Assembly (NCBI GenBank): GCA_963667845.2
Contig: CAXXVL010000002.1
Location: 1,504,001 to 1,568,000, forward strand
From: Smithellaceae bacterium
GTDB lineage: Bacteria > Desulfobacterota > Syntrophia > Syntrophales > Smithellaceae
Direction: 5' to 3'
DNA: 64,000 bases
The position numbers were made by a program, and so were the translations under genes. Below the pieces are notes generated by a model, which was given only the letters and a program-made list of their open reading frames with translations, did no database searches and was not told the DNA's origin. Positions 30,960 through 40,461 of the stretch are shown here, one piece after another; within the stretch, counting starts at the first letter, position 1; each line of letters opens with the position of its first letter.

Positions 30960-31874
30960 TTAACCCCGAGAGGGCGTCTGACCCGAGGCTATGTAAGCTG
31001 CTTCCAGATGGCTGCGGCAGGGTGTCGATTCATCGTAGGCAAGAGCGGTTTCAAACGCTTTGGCCGCATCGGTAAACAATGCCGCTTTCATCAGGCAATT
31101 GCCCAGCCGGTTGAAATAGGCCGCCGCAAAAGAACGATTATATCGGCATGCCTTTTCGTATTCTGCGAAAGCACTATCCGGCTCTTTTAGAGCGACCAGC
31201 ATGTCTCCCAGAAAACAATAATACAGGCTGTTTTGCGGAGCAAGTGTCAGGCACTCCTCAATCAGTCTTTTGGCAGTCGTGAGATGGCCTCCCCTGAGGC
31301 ATAAACCGGCGGCTTGAAAGAGATAGCGATCCGTTTCCTCGGGATCAATGAGACCCGCCTGCCGGTATGCTTCTTCGCCGGCTTCAATTTTTTGCGCAGT
31401 CAGCAGAGCTTCGCCCAACCGGCAGTAATATGCGGGATTGTCTGCTTCCATCACAGTCAGCTGACTGAAGATGCCGCAGGCCTTTTCGTTGTTGCCTGCC
31501 AGAAGATAGGCGTTGCCCAGTTCTTCGAGTAACCCGATGTCCTGCGGCTGGACGCTGACGGCTTTTTCGCAAAGCCGGACGAGTTTTCCAATTGCGCCCT
31601 CCTGCCTGTAGATCCGCACCAGTTCATCATAGGCGAAACCGGTAAAGACTTTACGTTGAAGCTCACGATCCAGCAGGATTTCCCAGTAGTGGACGGAACG
31701 CTCTTTGTCGCCGCTATCCCAGAAGGCCCAAGCCAGACGAAGCAGCACCGATTCATCCTCGGGATGAACCCCATGGATCTCTTCCAGGCCGGCAATGGCC
31801 TCAATATATTTCCCCTGCTTTAGGAGGCGGTCGGCCAAGTCAAGCTTCCCTGTCATGTCGCTGGTTTCAATCAT
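30960..31874 (-). CDS. Tetratricopeptide repeat protein
   Basis: Multiple TPR-like helices (LGNAYLLAG, RLGEALL, FLGDML, RLGNCL); start uncertain. Confidence 0.85.
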   Translation of the reverse strand: MIETSDMTGKLDLADRLLKQGKYIEAIAGLEEIHGVHPEDESVLLRLAWAFWDSGDKERSVHYWEILLDRELQRKVFTGFAYDELVRIYRQEGAIGKLVRLCEKAVSVQPQDIGLLEELGNAYLLAGNNEKACGIFSQLTVMEADNPAYYCRLGEALLTAQKIEAGEEAYRQAGLIDPEETDRYLFQAAGLCLRGGHLTTAKRLIEECLTLAPQNSLYYCFLGDMLVALKEPDSAFAEYEKACRYNRSFAAAYFNRLGNCLMKAALFTDAAKAFETALAYDESTPCRSHLEAAYIASGQTPSRG

Positions 31875-31878
31875 AGGC

Positions 31879-31906
31879 AAAAAAAAGGGGGAGAAGATTC
31901 TCCCCC
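31879..31906 (-). terminator. Intrinsic terminator after the hesB-like gene
   Basis: Minus strand GGGGGAGAA-TC-TTCTCCCCC then TTTTTTTT. Confidence 0.75.
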
Positions 31907-31914
31907 GATGGGTT

Positions 31915-32226
31915 TCAGCAACTGCAGGAACCGCAACCGCCGCCTTCCTGAGAGAGATTGGATGTTAACTTAAAACCCGCTCCCTGAGGGGTGGTGATAA
32001 AATCAACGTTGATGGGTTGAGCTTGGTTCAACAAGTCTTTGTCGATGACAAATTTTGTTCCCTTCTCTTCAATCACTTCGTCTTCATTCCTCGGCTCGTC
32101 CAGAGCCATGCCCAAAGAGGGCCCGGATCACCCAATCGACATCGTGATGCGGATGGCCGCATCCGTATTCTTATCCTTGAGAAAATCCTTGATAACTTCC
32201 GAGGCTTTGTCTGTAACTGTAAGCAT
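31915..32226 (-). CDS. HesB/IscA-like selenoprotein, 103 aa, Sec at codon 33
   Basis: AGGAG RBS, ATG 32226: MLTVTDKASEVIKDFL...IRITMSIG-TGA(32128-32130)-SGPSLGMALDE...GGGCGSCSC; the UGA sits at the conserved HesB Cys position. Confidence 0.9.
32093..32107 (-). promoter_or_regulatory. Candidate bacterial SECIS for the hesB-like gene
   Basis: GGCTC-TGGAC-GAGCC hairpin 20 nt after the in-frame UGA. Confidence 0.75.
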
Positions 32227-32432
32227 ATACACGTTCTCCTTTTGGCGATGTCTTTTCGACACCAATCTTTCCCGTAACTTATCCATATTTGGTCTATTGT
32301 CAATTACAATTTTGGTGTTTGCGTCAAGCTGCCGTATTTACTTATCAAATGATAAATTTGTTTATGTTGACAATACTCACGTATCTTGTTTATGATTTTG
32401 GCAATCAAATATTCGACAAGGGAGACCTTCTG

Positions 32433-34133
32433 ATGAATATCATTAAAGCCGCCTTCATATCCCTGATGCTGGCAACAGCCATTCCGGCTGCGGCGGAGAA
32501 TTTTACCGTCAAAGGTGATATGGCATCGACCATCCATTACCGGTTGCAGCATCAGATCACGGCCGGAGATGCGATGCAAAAACTGATGCTGAGTTTTGTC
32601 GTTCCGGAAAGTTTCGACTCTCCCACGTACAAGCAATCGATTACGAATTTTAAGATTACCTTTTCGCCGCAAGCCCAGGAACAAACGACCAACACGGATG
32701 CCCGCGGCAATAAGACCATTCTGGCGACGTGGAATCATGTCCCGTCCGTCATTGATGCCGTTGTGTCTTTTGATGCACAAACCAACACGGGCCTTAAAGC
32801 CATTGAGACTCACGCCCCCTTTCCGCTCACCGACGTGCCTGATCATCTGAAAGTCTATTTGCAGACATCCGAGCAGGTGCAGACTGATGCCCCGGCCATC
32901 CGGGAACTGGCGCATCAACTGACCCGCGATGTGAAGACCCAGTTTGACGCCGTGCAGCGGGTCGTGAGCTGGGTGGTGGATCATGTCCGATATATTAACC
33001 CTCCGGAGCAATACGATGCGCTTTACTCTCTTAGTACCGGCATGGGAAACTGCCAGAATTTTTCCCATCTGGCCGCCGCGCTTTTACGCAACGTCGGCAT
33101 TCCCGTGCGGATCGTCAACGGCGTCACGATGAATCAGCCGTTCAATGTGGTTTGGGAAAAGGGAACCTTGACATTTAAGATGGGTCAGGGCAGGCATTCC
33201 TGGGTAGAGGTTTGGTTCTCCGATCTGGGCTGGGTTCCCTATGATCCGCAGAATACGCAGTTTTTTGTTTCCAACCGATTTGTCCGTATCGAAGTGGGCG
33301 TGGATAATAATGAAACCAAGAATGATGGTTTGGTCCGTTGGGCTCAGAGCGCGGAGGCGCGTAATAAGCCGAGACTTCAGGAAGCCATCGATGCAAGATT
33401 CCTGACGGATTCGACGAAGGTGATGGCCACCAGACAGAATTATGGTCCAAAGAATCTGCTCCTGGGGCCCAATGTCCAGGCGCAGTTCAAAAAGATCGAA
33501 AGTCCGCCTCAACCGCCGCCTCCGGTGATTATCCCGCCGGAGATCAAGAAGAAACTGCGCTACGAGGTTCCATTCGTATTCGGCAATCTGGTCTTTCCGG
33601 AAAATATCGACTTTGCTTTTCCCCGCGTGACGAAGGCCAGAGGCAAAGGCTCCTTTGAAATGTCCCGCAATTTTCTTGTGGAGACGGCTGAATATGTAAC
33701 GACGAACGCAACGCAATATGCACAAGTCGTGGAATTGGCCAAGCCGGCAACGCTTCATAAAGTTGGACTGGCGCTGCACAAGTTCGGCGGCGAAGGCTGG
33801 CTCTGGGTGGATATTTTTAAAGACGATGACGGACGTCCGGGAGAACCGTTATGTACAACCCAGATGATGAGTCTGGACGATATTTCCGCAAAGCCCGGCT
33901 ATCGCTGGGTCAACTTTACTTTTGCCGATAAGGAAAGGCCGGTGCTGATGCCGGGCGCCTACTGGATTGCGCTTGGTTTTTCCGGGACGCCGATTGTCAA
34001 CTGGTTTTATACGTATGGAAAACCGGTCGGTCCTGTTTACGGCACCCGTTACAAGAGCGTTTTTGCCGAAGGTTGGAGCGGCGCTCTCAATTATGAATTC
34101 AATTACCGGGTCGTGGGGATGACGGTGAAGTGA
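32433..34133 (+). CDS. Secreted transglutaminase-like protein with a Pro-rich linker and extra C-terminal domain
   Basis: Signal peptide (..AIPAAA-E), Cys-His-Asp triad GNCQNF / GRHSWVEV / WVPYDP; AGGGAG RBS before ATG 32433. Confidence 0.85.
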   Translation: MNIIKAAFISLMLATAIPAAAENFTVKGDMASTIHYRLQHQITAGDAMQKLMLSFVVPESFDSPTYKQSITNFKITFSPQAQEQTTNTDARGNKTILATWNHVPSVIDAVVSFDAQTNTGLKAIETHAPFPLTDVPDHLKVYLQTSEQVQTDAPAIRELAHQLTRDVKTQFDAVQRVVSWVVDHVRYINPPEQYDALYSLSTGMGNCQNFSHLAAALLRNVGIPVRIVNGVTMNQPFNVVWEKGTLTFKMGQGRHSWVEVWFSDLGWVPYDPQNTQFFVSNRFVRIEVGVDNNETKNDGLVRWAQSAEARNKPRLQEAIDARFLTDSTKVMATRQNYGPKNLLLGPNVQAQFKKIESPPQPPPPVIIPPEIKKKLRYEVPFVFGNLVFPENIDFAFPRVTKARGKGSFEMSRNFLVETAEYVTTNATQYAQVVELAKPATLHKVGLALHKFGGEGWLWVDIFKDDDGRPGEPLCTTQMMSLDDISAKPGYRWVNFTFADKERPVLMPGAYWIALGFSGTPIVNWFYTYGKPVGPVYGTRYKSVFAEGWSGALNYEFNYRVVGMTVK

Positions 34134-34229
34134 GCGCTCGCAGCAAAGAACGCGGCATGTTGCCCGAAGCCGTCAAAGCGGCAAGCCAGCGCAGCCTGAC
34201 TGCGGTGACTGCACAATAATGGCTCCAGA

Positions 34230-34793
34230 TTATCCACCGCAGGGAGTTTCTTCTGCAATTGACTGTCTGGCTTGAACAAGCGTTTCATCGAAGTATTTTT
34301 CGAGTTTATCATTGGCGCCGCGCAGGCCGTCGATGACAGCCCGGGCCCAGTTCAGGTAATCGAGCCGTCTCTCCCGCGGCCAGTGACCGGGCGGCGCGCT
34401 GGCAATATCGCGGACGTTGCAAATTTTATCGGCCAGTTTGATTTCCTGGGCACGCCGTGACAGATGGGGCGAGTGGATGATCTGGTTTTGTTTCCGTTCC
34501 TGTTTGGGCAGGCTTTTATCATCGCTCACTTCCCTGACCAGCGCCAGAACCGCGTTTCCAAAGTTCAGACAGATCTCTTCCGGGGTCGTGTCCGTGTCTT
34601 CAAGCGTATCATGAAGGAGGGCAGCGACGATGGTGGTGACATCATAAACCTCGCCGATCGTCCACAAGATATTGGCAACTTCAATAGGATGGTTAATATA
34701 GGGTGAAGCGGCTGTATCTTTTCTTCTCTGATGTCGGTGCTTTTCTGCGGAAAAATTCAGGGCTTTTAAAAACAGGGTCAAATCGGTTTTCAA
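34230..34793 (-). CDS. Stand-alone HD-domain (p)ppGpp hydrolase (Mesh1/small alarmone hydrolase-like)
   Basis: HQRRK, PYINHP, AALLHDTLEDT, IKLADKICN. Confidence 0.88.
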   Translation of the reverse strand: MKTDLTLFLKALNFSAEKHRHQRRKDTAASPYINHPIEVANILWTIGEVYDVTTIVAALLHDTLEDTDTTPEEICLNFGNAVLALVREVSDDKSLPKQERKQNQIIHSPHLSRRAQEIKLADKICNVRDIASAPPGHWPRERRLDYLNWARAVIDGLRGANDKLEKYFDETLVQARQSIAEETPCGG

Positions 34794-35177
34794 ACAGGCC
34801 TCCTTTTACTGCGGGATCATATCACAGCTAGGCTCTGCCGCACAAATAAAGTCTCGCGCCCTCTTTGAGATTGTCAGGCATCTGGGTTACACATTCCCCG
34901 CTTTTTCTAATACTTGGTCAGGATGAATGAGGCAGGGGGCAGGATCATGCCGGGCAGCAAGAGAATTCATGTCAAATCGGTGCTCATCCGGCAGCGGAGT
35001 GAGACTGCGCTTCTATAAACACCGGAACAGATCGGATTCTTCTTTTTAGTGATATCCGATCCGTCACTCGATACTCTCTAGTTGATGAATGACTTACCGG
35101 CCGTGAATGCGTCATTTACTCCGTCGGCGAAAATGGCCCGCAGCTTTATAAGGGAAACCCGGAAACGGCTGGAATGA

Positions 35178-35750
35178 TCAAGCAGGTTTTGCCAAAAATC
35201 TCCACAACGCATCGCGATCTTTCCTGGCAGCATAATCGATACCGATTCTGGGTGTGGCCATGATATTGTCCGGGGCGATATCCCGATAAGGTTCCACCCA
35301 CAGTTGTTTCCTCTTCGTCAAATCCCAGCCATAGAAGGTTTTGTCAATCGACAAAGCCTGGCACAATTTTGCCGGTCCATTGGTCAGGTCACGGTCCTGA
35401 CGCTTGCGGCGAGCGCGCATTTGATCAAGGCCCGTGAGCGGCTCAATCGCCCGTATCAGGACGGCGCACGGTTTGTTTTCACCCTCGGTCACGATGTTCA
35501 AAAGATAGTGCATGCCGTACGTGAAATAAACATAGGCGTGACCGGGCTTTCCGAACATCACGGTATTGCGCATGGTTCGGCCCCGGTGCGCATGACAGGC
35601 GCTGTCATCAGTTCCGCAATAGGCTTCTGTTTCGATAATGATACCGGAAAGCTCCACGTTGTCCAACCGGCGGACCAGTCTCTTACCCAAAAGATCGCGC
35701 GCGACGTCCAGTGTCGGACGGTGATAGAATTTTCTGTCCAGAGCGATCAT
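35178..35750 (-). CDS. mpg: DNA-3-methyladenine glycosylase (MPG/AAG family)
   Basis: IIETEAY, AYVYFTYGMHY, AVLIRA, TNGPAKLCQAL, PRIGI. Confidence 0.92.
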   Translation of the reverse strand: MIALDRKFYHRPTLDVARDLLGKRLVRRLDNVELSGIIIETEAYCGTDDSACHAHRGRTMRNTVMFGKPGHAYVYFTYGMHYLLNIVTEGENKPCAVLIRAIEPLTGLDQMRARRKRQDRDLTNGPAKLCQALSIDKTFYGWDLTKRKQLWVEPYRDIAPDNIMATPRIGIDYAARKDRDALWRFLAKPA

Positions 35751-36006
35751 CAATTTCCCCAGTCGAGAAGCGGCATAATTCAACTTGACTTAGCCTGATC
35801 TTCGTTTTAATAATCCTGCACCATGATGCTGATTAATGTCAACTTCCGTGTGCTAAACGCATGATCTCTTCCATGCGAAGATCTCTTCGCAGTGCAAAAC
35901 AAATTACACGTCCAGTTAGAGAATAAAGGAGCGGATGAATAGTCCTTCTTTTATAAATGATGAATAAATACAGCTTCATTTGGCGCCAACGCCAATTAAG
36001 CCTTTA

Positions 36007-36021
36007 TGGCATGGATTGTGC
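36007..36021 (+). promoter_or_regulatory. Candidate sigma54 promoter upstream of the fab cluster
   Basis: TGGCATGGATTGTGC; GG and GC at -24/-12 spacing. Confidence 0.55.
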
Positions 36022-36085
36022 TTCTTCGCGGGCAGTTGCGTATAACGGATTCGTGGATATTTTGTAATGACATTTGAGGAATAAA

Positions 36086-37039
36086 ATGAACGAAATGAAT
36101 GGCAAGGCGGTTGTTTTTCCCGGCCAGGGATCGCAAAGACAGGGAATGGGGAAAGATTTTTACGATCAGATCCCAGTCTGCCGGCAAACCTACGAGGAAG
36201 CGTCGGATGCCCTCGGATTGGATATCGCAGCGATTTGTTTTCAGGAAGACGCCCGTCTAAATCTGACGGAATATACGCAGCCCTGCATTGTGACGACTGA
36301 AGTAGCGATGCTCCGCGGGCTTGCAGAAAAATATGGATTTAAAGCGGATTATTTCGGTGGTCATTCTCTGGGAGAGTTCACTGCACTGGTCGCCGCGGGG
36401 GTCATGCCCTTTGCCGATACGGTGCAGATTGTCCGCGAGCGTGGAAAGTTGATGCAGGAAGCCGTTCCCGTTGGCGTCGGTTCGATGGCGGCCGTCATAT
36501 CCGAAGGAATCGATGTCGAGGCTTTAAAGAAGATGCTGTCGGATTTGCCGATCGATATCGCGAACATCAATTCTGCAAACCAGGTCGTGATCAGCGGGGA
36601 TGCCGCTTCTCTGCCGGAAGCTGAAATCCGGTGTAGAGAACTGTTTCAGGCTCCCAAGACCTGTCGGTTTATACAGCTCAATGTCAGTGCCCCTTTTCAC
36701 AGCAGGTTTATGAAAAAGATTGAAGAACCTTTTGCGGGGACGCTCAAAAGATTCAGCAAATCCTTCAAGCCGGATCATGCGCCCCAGGTGACGTCCAATT
36801 ATCAGGGGTCGTATCATGCTGCAAGCATCGATGCGGTGGCGGGCAATTTGGTGAGTCAATTGTCCCATTCCGTATTGTGGCGCGATAACATGCAGGCTTT
36901 GTCGGCCAAGGCCTTCCAGATTTACGAAATCGGCCCGGGACGGCCGTTGAGAGATTTCTTCAAAACGGTGGGTGTCACCTGCGAATCCATCACCGGGCTT
37001 ACCGCGGCGGAAAAAATCTTTGCGAAAGCGAATCAATAA
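36086..37039 (+). CDS. fabD: Malonyl-CoA:ACP transacylase
   Basis: VFPGQGSQ, GHSLGE, ANINS, VSAPFHS, EIGPG. Confidence 0.93.
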   Translation: MNEMNGKAVVFPGQGSQRQGMGKDFYDQIPVCRQTYEEASDALGLDIAAICFQEDARLNLTEYTQPCIVTTEVAMLRGLAEKYGFKADYFGGHSLGEFTALVAAGVMPFADTVQIVRERGKLMQEAVPVGVGSMAAVISEGIDVEALKKMLSDLPIDIANINSANQVVISGDAASLPEAEIRCRELFQAPKTCRFIQLNVSAPFHSRFMKKIEEPFAGTLKRFSKSFKPDHAPQVTSNYQGSYHAASIDAVAGNLVSQLSHSVLWRDNMQALSAKAFQIYEIGPGRPLRDFFKTVGVTCESITGLTAAEKIFAKANQ

Positions 37040-37081
37040 ACAAACAATAACTTTCTCCTCTAAGATAACGAAAGGCAGACT

Positions 37082-38281
37082 ATGGATTTAAGTTTTAGTG
37101 ACAATCAACTCATGTATGTGGAGACCGTGCGCAAGCTGGTCAAAAATTCAATCACACCCCACATCCTGGAACTGGAGAAGGCGCATCGATTTCCTTGGTC
37201 GATTATTGAAACGGCCTGGAAAATGGGCATCGTCAATCTGTGCATTCCGGAATCGGTGAAAGGGTTCGATATCGATGTGTTTTCATCGGCGCTCATTATC
37301 AAGGAAATTTCTTACGGCGATACGGGCATAGCCACATCCGCCATGTGCAATGATCTGGCCAACGTCGTGATCAGCCGGCACGGCACGGAAGAGCAGAAAG
37401 AACGTTTCCTGCGTCCCTTTGTCGAGAAGCCGCTCCTCGCATCTTTTTGTCTGACTGAGCCAGGCGCCGGTTCGGATAATTCCATGATGACCAGTTTTAT
37501 CGCCAAACGCGATGACGGTACTTACGTGTTGAACGGATCGAAGTGTTTCATTACCAATGCATCTTACGCATCTCAATTCACCGTTTTATGCAAGGTGGGA
37601 AAATCCACGAGCAACTTCATGGCCTGCGTGGTCATTCCGGTTCCGCACGTGACGTCCACCGATCTCCCTGACGTTGGCGGTTCCACCCGGGAGATCAATC
37701 TACCCACCGGCGGTAAAATTACGATCGGCAAACCTGAAGATAAGCTGGGGCAGCGACTGTCCAACACGGCGAGCGTCACCTTTGACGATGTCATCATCCA
37801 GCCGGATCAGATCATCGGGGATCGCCGTTTCGGTTTTAAATATATCGTGGATGTGCTCGACTACGCGCGGCCGATGGTCGCGGCGATCGGTCTGGGGCTG
37901 GCCAAAAGAGCGCTGGATGTGACGATCGCCTATACCCGGGAACGCAAACAATTCGGTCAGCGCATCTGTGATCTGCCGGTGGCCAGGGACATGATCACGA
38001 CCATGTGGAAGAAAGTCGAATTGGCCGAGTTGTCGCTCATCAAGGCGACCTGCAAAATTCAGGAGAAAGCCAAGGATGCCGGCATCTATGCGTCACTGGC
38101 GAAAAACTGTTGCGCCGAAGCTGCGGTCTTTTGTTCGACTGAAGGATTGCACCTGCATGGCGGGTATGGATTTACAACAGACTATGAAATATCCAAGCTG
38201 GCGCGCGACGCCCATATCATCGACATTTATGAGGGCGTCCGCGAAGTTCAGAATATGATCATCGGGCGGGAGATCGTTTAG
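37082..38281 (+). CDS. Acyl-CoA/acyl-ACP dehydrogenase-family flavoprotein inside the fab cluster
   Basis: FCLTEPGAGSD, LNGSKCFITN, RKQFG, HGGYGF, IYEG. Confidence 0.92.
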   Translation: MDLSFSDNQLMYVETVRKLVKNSITPHILELEKAHRFPWSIIETAWKMGIVNLCIPESVKGFDIDVFSSALIIKEISYGDTGIATSAMCNDLANVVISRHGTEEQKERFLRPFVEKPLLASFCLTEPGAGSDNSMMTSFIAKRDDGTYVLNGSKCFITNASYASQFTVLCKVGKSTSNFMACVVIPVPHVTSTDLPDVGGSTREINLPTGGKITIGKPEDKLGQRLSNTASVTFDDVIIQPDQIIGDRRFGFKYIVDVLDYARPMVAAIGLGLAKRALDVTIAYTRERKQFGQRICDLPVARDMITTMWKKVELAELSLIKATCKIQEKAKDAGIYASLAKNCCAEAAVFCSTEGLHLHGGYGFTTDYEISKLARDAHIIDIYEGVREVQNMIIGREIV

Positions 38282-38283
38282 CG

Positions 38284-39276
38284 ATGTTATACCTGCATGG
38301 CATGGGGCATTTCAATCCGGAGATTGTGATTTCCAATCAGTTTCTGGAAGACCTGGATATCGGGACCAGCAACGAGTGGATTCTCGAACGTGTCGGCATC
38401 GCCAATCGCCGGACCGTTTTACCCCTGGAATATATTAAACGGACAAAGAACGAAGACTTCCGGGCCGCCTTTGAAGCGCGGCTTTATACCAATGCCCAGA
38501 TGGGGGCAAAAGCGGCCCGGGAGGCGCTAAGGCGAGCGTCGTTGTTACCTGAGGATATCGGCATGGTGATCGCGGGGAGTTCATCCCCCGACAATATCGC
38601 GCCGGCGGAGTCCTCGGCTGTCGCCGCGGAGTTGGGGATCGAAGTGCCCTGCCTTGACATGAACTCGGCGTGCAGCTCCTTCGGGATGCAAATGAATTTT
38701 CTGTCTAAAATGGATCCGGAGACTCTGCCATCTTATGTGCTGGTCGTTGATTCGGAAACACTGACCAAGTCGGTAAGTTATGCGGATCGGTCCATGGCTG
38801 TTCTTTTCGGTGATGGAAGCAGTGCGGCGGTCGTCTCGACAAAAGTACCGTCCCGATCTGTTTTTTGCGATTGCAGTTACGGGTCACGTCCTTCCGCCTG
38901 GGAGAAAGTCGGTATTGACTGGAAATGGCGTTTCTATCAGGACGGCAACGCAGTCCAGGGATTTGCCATCCGTAAGACCACCGAGGGCATACGGGATTTG
39001 AAGGATATCTATGCCGCCGAGGCGAAACGATTTATTTTTATCGGGCATCAGGCCAATTTTAGCATGCTCGAGACCGTTTGTGAACGCACGGGCATTGCCC
39101 CCGGAAATCACTGGTATGGCGTTGATCAATTCGGCAATATCGGCTGCTGCGGCGCACCTTCAGTGCTCTCCGCACACTGGGATGATTTGCAATCGGGCGA
39201 CCGTGTCGCCATGTCGATCGTCGGGGCGGGGCTGTCCTGGGCGCATCTGATGCTGAAAGTAGAGGATAAACCTTAA
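38284..39276 (+). CDS. fabH: 3-oxoacyl-ACP synthase III
   Basis: TSNEWILER, Cys-His-Asn triad NSACSSF / HQAN / FGN, LFGDG. Confidence 0.9.
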   Translation: MLYLHGMGHFNPEIVISNQFLEDLDIGTSNEWILERVGIANRRTVLPLEYIKRTKNEDFRAAFEARLYTNAQMGAKAAREALRRASLLPEDIGMVIAGSSSPDNIAPAESSAVAAELGIEVPCLDMNSACSSFGMQMNFLSKMDPETLPSYVLVVDSETLTKSVSYADRSMAVLFGDGSSAAVVSTKVPSRSVFCDCSYGSRPSAWEKVGIDWKWRFYQDGNAVQGFAIRKTTEGIRDLKDIYAAEAKRFIFIGHQANFSMLETVCERTGIAPGNHWYGVDQFGNIGCCGAPSVLSAHWDDLQSGDRVAMSIVGAGLSWAHLMLKVEDKP

Positions 39277-40001
39277 TGGATAAACCGGTTGCATTGGTAA
39301 CGGGAGGCGCCACCGGAATCGGCGCTGCCTGCGTGCGGGCACTGGCGGCGGAAGGGTTTTGCGTCGGTATTCATTACCGGAAAAGCGGTGAAAAGGCACA
39401 GGCGCTGCTTGCCGAAATTAAAGACGGTTTTTTGGTTCAGGCGGATCTTGCCAGCATCGAACAAATTGATGCGATGACCGCTAAGCTGAAGGATCAGGCC
39501 GGACGGATCGATGTATTGGTGAATAATGCCGGTCTTTCCATCAACGCCGATATTATCTCGATGAAAATTGAGCAGTTCGATGCGCAGCGGGTCTTGACGC
39601 GAGGCGTCTGGTATCTGACCAAAAGAATTTTGAGGCAGTTTATGATGCGGAGTTCATCCGGCCGGATCATCAATATCTCCAGCGTTGTCGGTCACACCGG
39701 CAATCCCGGGCAGATCGCCTACACCATGGAAAAGGCGGCGCTCGACGCCTTCACGAAATCGTTGGCACAGGAGATGGCCGGACGCAACATTCTCGTCAAT
39801 TCCGTCGCCCCCGGTTTTATTGAAACGGACATGACCGGAGAACTGCCCCCGGAAGTGAAAGAAAAGATTATGGCCGGTATTACACTGGGACGCATCGGCC
39901 GGCCTGACGAAGTTGCGGAAGTGGTCGCTTTTCTCGCCCGGAGAGGAAGTTACATTAACGGGTCGGTGATTCACGTCAACGGAGGCCTTTATGGGGGCTG
40001 A
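39276..40001 (+). CDS. fabG: 3-oxoacyl-ACP reductase
   Basis: TGGATGIG, NNAG, GNPGQIAYTMEK (YxxxK), APGFIETDMT. Confidence 0.88.
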   Translation: MDKPVALVTGGATGIGAACVRALAAEGFCVGIHYRKSGEKAQALLAEIKDGFLVQADLASIEQIDAMTAKLKDQAGRIDVLVNNAGLSINADIISMKIEQFDAQRVLTRGVWYLTKRILRQFMMRSSSGRIINISSVVGHTGNPGQIAYTMEKAALDAFTKSLAQEMAGRNILVNSVAPGFIETDMTGELPPEVKEKIMAGITLGRIGRPDEVAEVVAFLARRGSYINGSVIHVNGGLYGG

Positions 40002-40461
40002 TGAAAGCATCATCCGCGAAGTCCTGGCGCTGGTGCCGCAGCAAAAGCCGTTCCGTTTCATTGACGAGATTATTCGCCTCGATGAGGAAGAAATTGTCGG
40101 GGCCTACCGTTTTCGAGAAGACGAATTTTTTTATCCGGGGCATTTCCCCGGTCGGCCGATTACTCCGGGGGTGATCCTGGTGGAATCGATGGCGCAGATC
40201 GGCGTCGTGGCCTACGGCATGTATTTGCTGGCCCGTCAGCGAAATGTGCGGCCAAGCGAAATGAAAGGTCCGCTCAGTCTTTTTTCACTGGCCGAAGATA
40301 TCGAATTTAAGGGCATCGTGAAGCCCGGCGAAAGAGTGATTGTGAGGGGGAAGAAAATATATATGCGAAAAGGGGCCCTAAAAGTGGACGTCAGTATGGA
40401 AAGAGAAAATGGCGAAGTGGTCTGTGAAGGAAAACTGGCCGGAATGGGAGTGGAAAGATGA
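39991..40461 (+). CDS. fabZ: 3-hydroxyacyl-ACP dehydratase (FabZ/FabA family)
   Basis: PFRFID, GHFPGRPITPGVILVESMAQ. Confidence 0.85.
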   Translation: MGADESIIREVLALVPQQKPFRFIDEIIRLDEEEIVGAYRFREDEFFYPGHFPGRPITPGVILVESMAQIGVVAYGMYLLARQRNVRPSEMKGPLSLFSLAEDIEFKGIVKPGERVIVRGKKIYMRKGALKVDVSMERENGEVVCEGKLAGMGVER

